NCBI GenBank assembly: GCA_018241895.1
Contig: JAFECX010000238.1
Coordinates: 2,996 to 66,995 of the forward strand
Source of the DNA: Pseudomonadota bacterium
GTDB lineage: Bacteria > Pseudomonadota > Gammaproteobacteria > Burkholderiales > Burkholderiaceae_C
Direction of reading: 5' to 3'
Length of the DNA: 64,000 nucleotides
This document shows positions 9,608-20,598 of this stretch, piece by piece. Numbering within the stretch: the stretch's first letter is position 1; each line of letters starts with the position of its first letter. Both the position numbers and the translations under genes were made by a program. The notes under the pieces are model-generated. The model had not been told where the DNA came from. It saw nothing but the letters and a program-made list of their open reading frames with translations, and did no database searches.

Positions 9608-10801
9608 ATGAGCGACACATTGGCCAGCGCGAATCCCGACCACGTCGAGCCGAGCTTCTCCGGACGAGACGCAGTCGCCGACGACCGTGCCGTGTTGCTG
9701 GAGTACGCGACCGCGCTGGCGCAGCGCTGGCGCCTGGTGCTGTCGTTGCCGATCGCCGCTGCACTCGTCGCGTTCGCTTGCACTTTCCTGATTCCACGCA
9801 CCTACACCGCGAGAACGACGCTGATACCGCCTCAGCCGCAGCAGGGCGCTGCGGCGTCCGCGCTCGCGTCGCTGGGGGCGTTGACAGGGCTTGGCGGCGG
9901 CTTGACGGGCTTCAAGACCACTGCGGATCAGTTCGTGTCGCTGATGCAGAGCGTCCAGGCCCAGGATCACCTCATCGACCGATTCAAGCTGATGGACGTC
10001 TACGAGGCCGACTATCGAGAGCAGGCACGCCGCAAGCTGGGACGCGACACGCGCATCACGCTCGGCAAGAAGGACGGATTCATCACCGTCGAGACGGACG
10101 CCGAGACGCCCCGCATGGCCGCCGACATGGCGAACGAGTACGTCGAGGAACTGCGGCGCCTGGCGAGCGGGCTGGCGCTGACCGAAGCCAAGCAACGGCG
10201 TGTTTTCTTCGAGGGCGAACTGCAAAAGACCCGCGTCCTGTTGACGCAGGCTCAGGCGAGGCTGCAGCAAAGCGGGGTCGGCGCCGGTGCCATCAAGGCC
10301 GAGCCCAGGGCCGCAGCCGAGGGCTACGCCAGCCTGCGCGCGTCTGCCACCGCTGCGGAAGTGCGGCTGCAGACCCTGCGCCGCTCGCTGGCCGAATCCG
10401 CGCCCGAGGTGCAGCAGCAGCGCGCGATGCTCGATGCCTTGCGCGTCGAACTCGCCAAGGTCGAGCAGACCGACAAGGGCGGCGCCGATGTCGACTACAT
10501 CGGACGCTACCGCGAATTCAAGTACCAGGAGACATTGTTCGATCTGCTCGCCAAGCAGTACGAGCTGGCCCGTATCGACGAGAGTCGCGAGCACGCCCTG
10601 GTCCAGGTGATCGACGTCGCCACGGCACCGGAGCGGCCGAGCGGCCCACGCCGGATCCTGATCGCTGCGGGGGCCGCGGCAGCCACGCTGCTGGCACTTT
10701 GCTTCTGGCTGCTGCTCGTCGGCTCGTGGCGCCAGATGACGTCGGATGACCCCCGCGTCGTCCAGGCTGCCAGGCTGCGTGCAGCGCTGCGCGATCGATA
10801 G
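9608..10801 (+). CDS. wzz: Wzz/GumC-like polysaccharide co-polymerase (chain-length determinant)
   Basis: N- and C-terminal TM helices flanking a coiled-coil region; IDVATAPERPSGPRR motif; no kinase domain. Confidence 0.8.
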   Translation: MSDTLASANPDHVEPSFSGRDAVADDRAVLLEYATALAQRWRLVLSLPIAAALVAFACTFLIPRTYTARTTLIPPQPQQGAAASALASLGALTGLGGGLTGFKTTADQFVSLMQSVQAQDHLIDRFKLMDVYEADYREQARRKLGRDTRITLGKKDGFITVETDAETPRMAADMANEYVEELRRLASGLALTEAKQRRVFFEGELQKTRVLLTQAQARLQQSGVGAGAIKAEPRAAAEGYASLRASATAAEVRLQTLRRSLAESAPEVQQQRAMLDALRVELAKVEQTDKGGADVDYIGRYREFKYQETLFDLLAKQYELARIDESREHALVQVIDVATAPERPSGPRRILIAAGAAAATLLALCFWLLLVGSWRQMTSDDPRVVQAARLRAALRDR

Positions 10802-10810
10802 CGCGGGCGG

Positions 10811-12283
10811 CTACCGGGCCGCTTCGTCGATACGACGAGCCGATGCGGCGTTCGCACAAGGCGGATAGTGCGACTGGACAAGCTGACGATAGCCGGCATC
10901 GGCCCGATCCTCGGGTCCTGCGCGGTTGTCGGTGAAGCGGCAGCCGACCCCGTCCTTTCTCAGCGCATCCGCGCCGAGGACATCATCGCCAAGCGGTGGA
11001 CGGCCGGAGTCGACCCACTCGGCCAGCGCATCGAACGCGGCGGCCATTTCCGTGGCCGTGAAGGCACAGTGGCCGGTGTCACGCACGAGGCGCACGCTCA
11101 GTCGGGCCGATTGCCCCGCCGTCTGCGCCCGCAGCGCGTAGCGACGCTGCATGTCCGCCGGCACCAACAGATCACCCAGGGTGTGCATGCTGATGACGGG
11201 CGCGGTCAGCCTGCCTTCGATCAACGGCACCCAACGCAGCCCGGTCGGCCACGCTGGATTGGCATCGGCGTCCGGCGCGATGCGCCAGATGGCGGCATTC
11301 AGCGCATCCGCCTGCGGATCAGGTTGGCCCGGCTCCTCGAATCGGTACACCACTGAGCGCGTGTCGATCACGTTGCGCGCCAGCACGCCGTCGATCGTCG
11401 GCTCGAAATTCATCAGCTTGAAAAGGAGTTGGTGATGCGACGGATTGCCCCAGCCCTCCTCGAAGAACGGGCGCGTGCCACCGGTCAGTTGCCTCGAGAG
11501 CGCGCGCAACCGCGCAATCTGTGCATCGGGTTCGGCACTGTCGGACAGGCTGTCCAGGACGCGCTGGCGCCACGCGGCGTTCTGTTGGCCGTAGACCGCG
11601 CTCGGATACGCTTGGGCCGGTGCGCCCAGAAGATGCTGCAGAGCCACCTGGTAGGCGGCGAGGTATTGGTACCAACCGAGATCCGTGACCGTCCCGCACA
11701 TGGCCAACGCGCCGTCGTAGCGCTGCCGGTTGACTGCGCGCTCGACCACCTCGGCTTCGACCGCCGCCGCTGCGACATGGCCCCCCATAGACATCCCGGC
11801 GATGTAAAGGCGGCGCGGCGCGGGCAGCGGCCGCCCATGGGCCGCGGCGATGTCCCGGAAGTGCGTGGCGAGCTTGTTGGTGTCTTCGATGGCCGCCTGC
11901 ACGTCGTACATGTTGCGCGTGTAGCTGGAGGCAGCCCAGGCGACCCCGCGTTCGAGCAGATGCCGCCGCAGTACCGGGTTCTCCAGGTACAGCACGGGGC
12001 CGTCCCAGTACGGCCGTGCCCACAGCAGCAGGGTGCCGTTCCAGTTCTTCGGCACCTCCACCCGGTAGGCGGCACCGTCGATCCGACCGGTCCAGCGATC
12101 GCTCTCGGCCGGAGCATCGGGCATTGCCGGCAACGACGATTCGACCGGAACGCCGTAGGTGCGACTGTCATGGACCCGCGTCTGCATGACGGGCGGGGAC
12201 GCCTGGAGCTCGGCGCGCCCGTCGCGGCCGCCTCCGCATGCCGCCAGACCAAGAATCGAGCAGCCCGCGAACCATCTCGTCAA
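10811..12283 (-). CDS. Predicted lipoprotein alpha/beta-hydrolase
   Basis: TTG start 12283 with AGGAGG upstream; lipobox LAAC; nucleophile elbow GMSMGG; HTLGD and GHCAF candidates for Asp/His. Confidence 0.7.
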   Translation of the reverse strand: MTRWFAGCSILGLAACGGGRDGRAELQASPPVMQTRVHDSRTYGVPVESSLPAMPDAPAESDRWTGRIDGAAYRVEVPKNWNGTLLLWARPYWDGPVLYLENPVLRRHLLERGVAWAASSYTRNMYDVQAAIEDTNKLATHFRDIAAAHGRPLPAPRRLYIAGMSMGGHVAAAAVEAEVVERAVNRQRYDGALAMCGTVTDLGWYQYLAAYQVALQHLLGAPAQAYPSAVYGQQNAAWRQRVLDSLSDSAEPDAQIARLRALSRQLTGGTRPFFEEGWGNPSHHQLLFKLMNFEPTIDGVLARNVIDTRSVVYRFEEPGQPDPQADALNAAIWRIAPDADANPAWPTGLRWVPLIEGRLTAPVISMHTLGDLLVPADMQRRYALRAQTAGQSARLSVRLVRDTGHCAFTATEMAAAFDALAEWVDSGRPPLGDDVLGADALRKDGVGCRFTDNRAGPEDRADAGYRQLVQSHYPPCANAASARRIDEAAR

Positions 12284-12312
12284 GGTACGCGTCGCTTCCT
12301 CCTGGTGAGGCC

Positions 12313-14084
<1,772 letters not shown>

Positions 14085-14088
<4 letters not shown>

Positions 14089-14708
14089 GGTGGAGCCATC
14101 TTAGCGGGATGCGAGAGCGTCACAGCAGCCGCAGGCGACGCCGCGGGCTCTACCGGTGCCGGCTCGCCCACCTTGATCTCGCGCGTGACAAACCACCAGC
14201 GCCCTTGAGCGTGGGCAAAGAGCGTGAAGACACCGGTACGTGCGATGTCGAAGCGCGCCTCCAGCCGTGCCGGCTCACCGGCCTTCGGGCTGGCCGAGGC
14301 GATCCACACCGCTGGAGGCTGCTGCGGCGCCACTTCGCCGCTGGTGCGCGCGGCCAGCGTCGGGGGCCGGATCGGCTGGGCAGCGCCAGCGGTTGTTGGA
14401 GCCTTGGCAACGAAGGCGCCACGCGCCAGCACGAGCGCAGTGGTACCTGGCAGCTCACTGTAGGCGCGCGCCGACACGCGTCCGGCCAGGCTGACGTCCG
14501 GCAACTGCAGCGCCAAATGGGTGCTTGGCTGTGCGGACTGGGCGCCCAGCAGCGCCACCAGGCGGTCGAGGTCGGGCGCCTGCTCGACCTCGAGCGGAGT
14601 GAACTGTGCATGCGCCCCGCCGCACAACAGCAGGGCCAGCATCCAGGGCAGCCGCCGACGACGGGCCGGGCGACGTGCGGTGTCGATGGCCTGGAACCGG
14701 AAGGGCAT
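14085..14708 (-). CDS. Exported SoxY-fold (Ig-like) protein lacking the GGCGG arm
   Basis: Signal peptide RRRRLPWMLALLLCGGAHA; LQLPDV...SELPGTT and EARFDIARTGVFTLFAHAQGRWWFVTREIKV align by eye with SoxY; stop overlaps gspE start (ATGA); start uncertain (14708 or 14642). Confidence 0.6.
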
Positions 14709-14726
14709 GTGTCGTCGGCAGCCAGC

Positions 14727-14753
14727 AGAAGAAAGGGGGGCCGCAGCCCCCCA
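14727..14753 (-). terminator. Rho-independent terminator after the S-layer-like gene
   Basis: Minus strand GGGGGGC-TGCG-GCCCCCC followed by TTTCTTCT. Confidence 0.8.
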
Positions 14754-14788
14754 TTCGATCAAGCATGAGAACCGGAAGAAGCCGCAGC

Positions 14789-16807
14789 TTACTTCTTGAT
14801 GCCGGTCTGCGCGTCCTGGTGGTCCGTGCTCTCGGTGCTGGAGGACTCGAGGTTCATGAAGTCCGCCCCCTGGGCGCCGGAGACCTCGGACAGCAGGCTC
14901 GTCTTGGCGTTGACCAGGTAGTTCTGCACGCGCAGCGTCGAGGCCGACTCGGACGAGATGCGCAGACGCGCGTTGGCGTTGGCGTAATCACCTTCGCTCG
15001 CATAGCCATCCTTGCCCGCGACACCCCTGGACGCCGAGACCTGGCCTTGGGTCGCCATCAGATTGGCGATCTCACGGTCGCTCAGGAAGCGCGCAGCCCG
15101 CGGCGGCAGATCGAACAGCTTCACGTAGCGGCCATAGTTGCCGTCGGCGCGGATGTACTGCGCCCAGACGTCGGCCGTCTGCGTCTCGCTGTTGTTGATC
15201 ACGCGCACGTAGGTACGCCAGTCGCTGTCCCACGGAAACTCGCTGTAGTTGCGCACATCGATCTTGATGCCGCCGCCCAGACCCGCCAGCGGCGCCGGGC
15301 AGGAGCTGTTGGACTGCTCCGCACCGATCGCGCCGATCGAGTGATTCTTGTACACCGTCGCCACCGCGTTCTGGAAGCGGCTCTGGGGAATCAGGGCCGA
15401 CCCGCTGACCTGCATGCAGACATAGGCCCGGTCGCTCGTGCCTGGCGCCGTGATGTTGAACGGCGTCGCAACGGCGCCGCTGGCCGCAACCGCATCGAGA
15501 AGGCCGTTGTCGCCAGGACTCCCCGTCGCGCCCAAGATCGTCGCGAGTTGCGCCAGGTTGAAGGCGGCCGTGGCCGTCTTGCCGTCCGGCGAGAAGCTCG
15601 TCGCACCCCAGACCGTCGTCGCTGCGGGGTCGCAGACAGGTGACGTCGACATGCCGATGGCCGCGCCCGTCGAGAAGCCGTTGGTCGCGTCGACCTTGAT
15701 CTGCAGCGAACCGACGTCGACGTTGCCGTTGATCTCGTTGGGAACGCCGTTCAGATCGTTCGGACCGAACTTGTAGTAGGGCGTCAGGAGGTTCGTGTCG
15801 AAGGCATCCAGCGCACGGTTGCTGAACTTGACCGTCCCAAGCGCCATGGTCTTGGTCGTCATGCCCGCGGCCCAGCCACCCGGCAACGTGAGCGCGTTGT
15901 TGGCCGTGAGCGGATCGGTGTTGCGATCCACCGCCACACCCTTCTCCATATGCACCGCCAGCGCGGTCTGGAACTGGATGTAGCCGCCGTTGAGCAGCGA
16001 CTGGATCGGCGCGCCCTGCGACTCGCCCTGCACGCCGTCGCCGGCGCCGATGTAGTTGCGCCCGGTCACGGTGATCTTGCGGATGCCTTCGCCGCAGCCG
16101 TCCTCGACGTTGCCGGTGTTGCCCGCGTCGGTACCGCTCAGCACGGGCACCGCGTTGACAGCGGTCGCCAGCTTGGTCACCAGCGCATAGTCGGCCGCGC
16201 CGGCAACGCCGACACCCGTCACGGAAGCCAGAGCGGTGTTCCAGGGGGCAGCGGCACCGTCGCCGGGATTCTGACCGTTGAAGACGAGTTGCAGGTCGCC
16301 GATGGCGATGGGCGCGGCGGTGTTGTTCACCAGCCGGAACTTGTAGCGGTACTTCTGCTTGACGGTGGCGTTGGCGGCGTCGGCACCCGCATCCAGCGCG
16401 GGCCAGACATCGACCGACATCAACACCAAGGCCGCCTTGTTCGGCGGCACGTTACCAACGTCGGCAACAGGCAGCACGGGCACGACGGCATTGCCGTTGT
16501 TGCGGCGGTAGGCGGCCACCGTCTTGTAGGTGGCCACTTGTGCATCCCACTCGGCCGCACCGTCGCCGCCCAGCACGAGCGTGACGTTGAAGTCCTGTGT
16601 GGAACCGGCGTTGGCCGCCGGGCCGTTGTCGAAGCTGTACGACACCGTGGGCGCACGCAGCGTCTGCGTGATGGCAACGTTGGCCGAGATGGCCTCGCGT
16701 GCCACGGTCAGGCCCGACTGGCTGATGTTGGCTGCCAGAGCCGAACCCGCGCCAGCGCACAGGGCTCCCGCCGCGACGGCAACCTGCAACTTCTTCATCG
16801 TCTTCAT
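14789..16807 (-). CDS. Large Sec-exported protein, putative S-layer/surface-array subunit and T2SS substrate
   Basis: Signal peptide MKKLQVAVAAGALCAGAGSALA (alternative start 16798); A/G/N/T/V-rich; no catalytic motif recognised; C-terminal YVRVINNSETQTADVWAQ segment; own terminator. CDS is secure; the function is inferred. Confidence 0.6.
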   Translation of the reverse strand: MKTMKKLQVAVAAGALCAGAGSALAANISQSGLTVAREAISANVAITQTLRAPTVSYSFDNGPAANAGSTQDFNVTLVLGGDGAAEWDAQVATYKTVAAYRRNNGNAVVPVLPVADVGNVPPNKAALVLMSVDVWPALDAGADAANATVKQKYRYKFRLVNNTAAPIAIGDLQLVFNGQNPGDGAAAPWNTALASVTGVGVAGAADYALVTKLATAVNAVPVLSGTDAGNTGNVEDGCGEGIRKITVTGRNYIGAGDGVQGESQGAPIQSLLNGGYIQFQTALAVHMEKGVAVDRNTDPLTANNALTLPGGWAAGMTTKTMALGTVKFSNRALDAFDTNLLTPYYKFGPNDLNGVPNEINGNVDVGSLQIKVDATNGFSTGAAIGMSTSPVCDPAATTVWGATSFSPDGKTATAAFNLAQLATILGATGSPGDNGLLDAVAASGAVATPFNITAPGTSDRAYVCMQVSGSALIPQSRFQNAVATVYKNHSIGAIGAEQSNSSCPAPLAGLGGGIKIDVRNYSEFPWDSDWRTYVRVINNSETQTADVWAQYIRADGNYGRYVKLFDLPPRAARFLSDREIANLMATQGQVSASRGVAGKDGYASEGDYANANARLRISSESASTLRVQNYLVNAKTSLLSEVSGAQGADFMNLESSSTESTDHQDAQTGIKK

Positions 16808-17353
16808 TGAGTAGAACCCTCATGCTTGGTTAAACGCGGCGCTCCCTCCAACGGTGAGCGCACCGGTACACACATCGCCCACGCCCGGCATCAGGCGCTG
16901 ACCCGATCAGTCTAAGCGGCCCACTGTGCGTCCCACAAGACGGGAACGCCTCCTCCAGGCAGCTTCGGCGATCAAGTCGCCCGGATTCTGGCACAGGGGC
17001 GCACACCCCCCGACCGCGGGGTGCCCATTTGGGTGCTGGATGCGCATTCTTTCGTGCGGATCGTTGCATTTTCCTCACAGCGCGCCACGGTGCGAGTGAC
17101 TGCACGCCACAGCAAGTGCATCGCGCCGCGGCGTCCAGGCGCTGCCGGGCCAGGACGGGGCCAACGGCGGTGCATTTGTGCGAGCGACGCAACGCTCCCG
17201 TGCCGCGGTTGCCGCCGGCCGCCCGCGTGCGCATTCCATCTGCGAAGCCTATGGGCGCAAGGTCGCCCGCGCCCCGGCGCCCCATTGCCGGCATCCCCGC
17301 TCGCTACACTGCGTGCCGGGGCAATGCAGCAAGGACGCCCGACGGCGGCTGGG

Positions 17354-18550
17354 ATGCAGGAATTCGAATACGTTGCGCTGGACGCGCGGGGCAGACGACA
17401 GCGCGCCATGCTCGTCGCTGGCAGCGAGGCGCTGGCACTGGCGCAGATCCAGCAGCGCGGACTCACGGTGGTCGCGCTCACGCCGCATCGTTCGAGCGCC
17501 GGCGGCCGTGGCGCACAAAGGCAGGCCGCGATGAGCGCCGAGCGGCTGGGCGCGCTGCTGCAGGAGTTGGCCATGCTGGTGGAGGCGGGCGTGCCGCTGG
17601 CCGAAGCGGTGGCCACGCTGGCGGCCAGCCAGCCGCCCGGGCATGCGCTGGGCCAGTTGCTGGCGCGGCTGCGCGGCGGCGAGGCCTTCTCGGAGGCACT
17701 GGCGGGCTCGGGCCTGCGGCTGCCCGTGTTCGTGCTGCAACTGGTGCGCGCCGGCGAGGCCACGGGCGAGTTGCCACGCGCCCTGCGTGCGGCGGCCGAG
17801 CATCTCGAGGCCGAGGCGCAGTTCGCGCGCGAGGCGCGCAACGCGCTGCTGTACCCGGCAGTGCTGGTGATGAGCGGAGTGCTCGCCACGCTGGTGATGT
17901 TCGTCTTCGTGGTGCCCAAGTTCGCGGGCATCCTCTCCAACCCGAAGGCCGACTTGCCGCTGGTGAGCCGGTGGGTGCTCGGGCTGGGCTTGTGGCTCAC
18001 GCAGCACCAGGTGGTGGTCGGGCTGGCGCTGGCCGGCATGGTGGCACTTGGCGCCAGCCTCGCCGGGCGGCCCCGGGTGCGCGAAGCGGCATGGGAGCTG
18101 GCGACGCGCACGCCGGTGCTCGCCCGCTGGACCTGGCATGCGGAGATGGCGCGCTGGAGTTCGCTGCTCGCGGTGCTGCTCAACAGCCGCGTGCCGCTGC
18201 TCACCGCGCTGGCGCAGGCCAACGAAACCCTGCGGCGGCGTTCGCTGCGGCTGCGCGCGCAGCTGGTGCTGGCCGACGTGCGCGGCGGCAAGTCGCTGAG
18301 CCAAGCGCTGTCGGACCACGCTGTGCTGGACGCGGCCGGGCTCAACCTGCTGCGGGTGGGCGAGCGTGCCGGCACGCTCGGCCAGACGACCGCCGCGCTC
18401 GCGCGCACGCACACCCAGCACAGCCAGCAGCGGCTCAAACGGTTGCTGGTGCTGCTGGAACCCGTGACCATCCTGCTGATCTCAGTGGTGCTCGGGGGCA
18501 TCATGATTTCGGTCATGCTCGCCATCACGAGCTTGACCAACGTGCTATGA
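17354..18550 (+). CDS. gspF: T2SS inner-membrane platform protein F
   Basis: MQEFEYVALDARG, GEATGEL, ALLYPAVL, FVVPKF, GERAGTL, LLEPVTI. Confidence 0.95.
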   Translation: MQEFEYVALDARGRRQRAMLVAGSEALALAQIQQRGLTVVALTPHRSSAGGRGAQRQAAMSAERLGALLQELAMLVEAGVPLAEAVATLAASQPPGHALGQLLARLRGGEAFSEALAGSGLRLPVFVLQLVRAGEATGELPRALRAAAEHLEAEAQFAREARNALLYPAVLVMSGVLATLVMFVFVVPKFAGILSNPKADLPLVSRWVLGLGLWLTQHQVVVGLALAGMVALGASLAGRPRVREAAWELATRTPVLARWTWHAEMARWSSLLAVLLNSRVPLLTALAQANETLRRRSLRLRAQLVLADVRGGKSLSQALSDHAVLDAAGLNLLRVGERAGTLGQTTAALARTHTQHSQQRLKRLLVLLEPVTILLISVVLGGIMISVMLAITSLTNVL

Positions 18551-18630
18551 CGCCACGATCGCGCCCCGGGCGCTCGGGCACAATTCCGCCGCGATGAAAT
18601 CGCCGCGCCGCGTACGCGACGCGGCACGGA

Positions 18631-19092
18631 GTGACAGGACGAGTGCGCACGCCGAACCGACCCCGATTGCATGCCGGCCACCACTGGCGCGGCTTCACGT
18701 TGCTCGAAATGCTGGTGGTGATGGTGATCATCGGGCTGCTGGCCAGCTTGGTGGGCCCGCGCATCTTCGGCAAGGTCGACAGCTCCAAGATTCAGACGGC
18801 GCAAACGCAGGCCAAGATGCTCAAGAGCGCCATCGCCATCATGCAACTAGACATCGGCGGCACGCCGCCTGCGGACCAGGGGCTGCGCTGGCTCGTCGAG
18901 CGACCGACGGTGGAGCCGCAGGCTTCGCAGTGGAAGGGCCCCTATCTGGACGGCGCCCTGCCCGACGACCCCTGGGGCCACCCGTACATCCTCAAGGTGC
19001 CCGGCATCGGCGGACAGCCGTACTCGGTGATCTCCTACGGGCCCGACGGCAAGGAAGGCGGCGAGGGCGCGGGCGCGGACATCGTGCAATGA
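18631..19092 (+). CDS. gspG: T2SS major pseudopilin G
   Basis: GFTLLEMLVV prepilin motif; WKGPYL, DPWGHPY, SYGPDGKEGGEG..ADI. Confidence 0.95.
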   Translation: MTGRVRTPNRPRLHAGHHWRGFTLLEMLVVMVIIGLLASLVGPRIFGKVDSSKIQTAQTQAKMLKSAIAIMQLDIGGTPPADQGLRWLVERPTVEPQASQWKGPYLDGALPDDPWGHPYILKVPGIGGQPYSVISYGPDGKEGGEGAGADIVQ

Positions 19093-19535
19093 TGCGGCAT
19101 GCCCAGCGCCAGGCGGCCGGCTTCACGCTGGTCGAGATGCTGGTCGTAATGGTGATCCTAGGTCTGCTCGCCGGGGTGGCGTTGCCCGCCATGCAGCGCT
19201 GGCACGACGCTGTGCAGGCGCGCTCCGAGGGCGCGGCGATGGTGCAGGCGGTGCGCGCAGGCGCCTTTGCCGCTGCCGCCAACCGGCTGGGCGTGCGGCT
19301 GGACGCACGCTCGTTCGACGGCAGCCAGGCAGGCTCCGACGCGGCGCCGAGCCTGCCCGTGCCCCTGCCTGCCGGCTGGCGGCTCGAGAAGATCGAGCCG
19401 GCCCTGCTGTTGGGCAGCGGGCTGTGCAGCGGCGGCCACGCCGTTCTTCGAACGCCCGGCGGGGAGTTGATGCGCCTGGCCGTGTCCGAAGGCGACTGCA
19501 CGGTCAGCCTGCAGTCGGAGCCGGCGGCGCCGTGA
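19089..19535 (+). CDS. gspH: T2SS minor pseudopilin H
   Basis: GFTLVEMLVV; ATGA overlap with gspG. Confidence 0.8.
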   Translation: MMRHAQRQAAGFTLVEMLVVMVILGLLAGVALPAMQRWHDAVQARSEGAAMVQAVRAGAFAAAANRLGVRLDARSFDGSQAGSDAAPSLPVPLPAGWRLEKIEPALLLGSGLCSGGHAVLRTPGGELMRLAVSEGDCTVSLQSEPAAP

Positions 19536-19975
19536 GATCGGCCCGGCGCAGCACGCGCGGGCTCAGCATGATCGAGGTGCTGGCCGCGATGGTGATCTTC
19601 AGCACCGGCGCGACAGTACTGTTCGGATGGATCGGTCAGACCAGCGAGCGGCTGGCGCGGCTGGCGGGAGAGCAACGCGAACTGTTCACCGACATGGTCG
19701 TGCTGGAGTACATGAAGACGGTCAACCCGATGCTCGAGCCGGCGGGTGAGATACGCCTGAGCGACGGTGTGCTCCTGCGCTGGCAATCTGAGCGGCTTCC
19801 GGGCGATGACACGGTACGCGGCCCAGGCTCGCTCTACGAGCTCGGGCTGTATCGCGTGAAGGTGCGGGTGAGCGCGCCGCAGCAGGGCGTGCGCGAGTCC
19901 AGCGTGGAGCTTGCGGGCTGGCGGCAGGTGCGCCAGCCCTCGTCGCAAGGACCGATCCGCGAGGCCGGCACGTGA
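19532..19975 (+). CDS. gspI: T2SS minor pseudopilin I
   Basis: RGLSMIEVLAAM; GTGA overlap. Confidence 0.8.
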   Translation: MRSARRSTRGLSMIEVLAAMVIFSTGATVLFGWIGQTSERLARLAGEQRELFTDMVVLEYMKTVNPMLEPAGEIRLSDGVLLRWQSERLPGDDTVRGPGSLYELGLYRVKVRVSAPQQGVRESSVELAGWRQVRQPSSQGPIREAGT

Positions 19976-20598
19976 GCACACCGAAGCGGCGCAGGCACGG
20001 GCTCACACTGGTGGAGTTGCTGGTGTCGCTCACGATCATGGGCTTCGTGATGACGCTCGTCTCCCAGGCCGTGTATCAGACCGGCCAGATCGTGCGGGTG
20101 GCCGACGAGTCGGTGGTCCATCTGGCCGCACGCTGGAGCCGAGGGTGGGCGGTGACGGCGCTAGTGGCGAATCTGGCAGCACCGCGCGAAGGGAAGCTGC
20201 TGCCGATGACCGGTTCCAGCGCCAAGCTGAACGGCTATTCGACCGCGCCCGTGGACGCGCCGGATTCGGGCGTGCAGCCGTTCAGCCTGCAGTTGCGCGG
20301 CGATGACGCCGGCGGCAGCGAACTCGTGTACGTTCCGGCGCGACCGGGCGCACAGCCCATCATCGTCGCGCACTGGACGTCGCCGGTGGAGTTCAGGTAT
20401 CGCGCGGCGGACGGGCAACGCAGCGATCGCTGGCCGACGTGGACGCGCAGTGGTCGAGACACGGTGTTGCTGCCCACGGCGATCGAGCTTACGGAGGCCG
20501 GCGGCGACGTCCTGGTGATGGCTTTCGAGGTGCCGGCCGCCGGTGCGCGCCAGGCCGAAGAGAGTAGCGGCCCGTTTCGCACTGACGACAGCCCGTGA
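19972..20598 (+). CDS. gspJ: T2SS minor pseudopilin J
   Basis: HGLTLVELLVSL; operon position. Confidence 0.8.
   Translation: MSTPKRRRHGLTLVELLVSLTIMGFVMTLVSQAVYQTGQIVRVADESVVHLAARWSRGWAVTALVANLAAPREGKLLPMTGSSAKLNGYSTAPVDAPDSGVQPFSLQLRGDDAGGSELVYVPARPGAQPIIVAHWTSPVEFRYRAADGQRSDRWPTWTRSGRDTVLLPTAIELTEAGGDVLVMAFEVPAAGARQAEESSGPFRTDDSP

Noticed and set aside
16989-17003. Possible sigma-54 promoter TGGCAC...GC for the gspF operon
   Set aside because: GG-to-GC spacing is one base short and the TTGC element is absent
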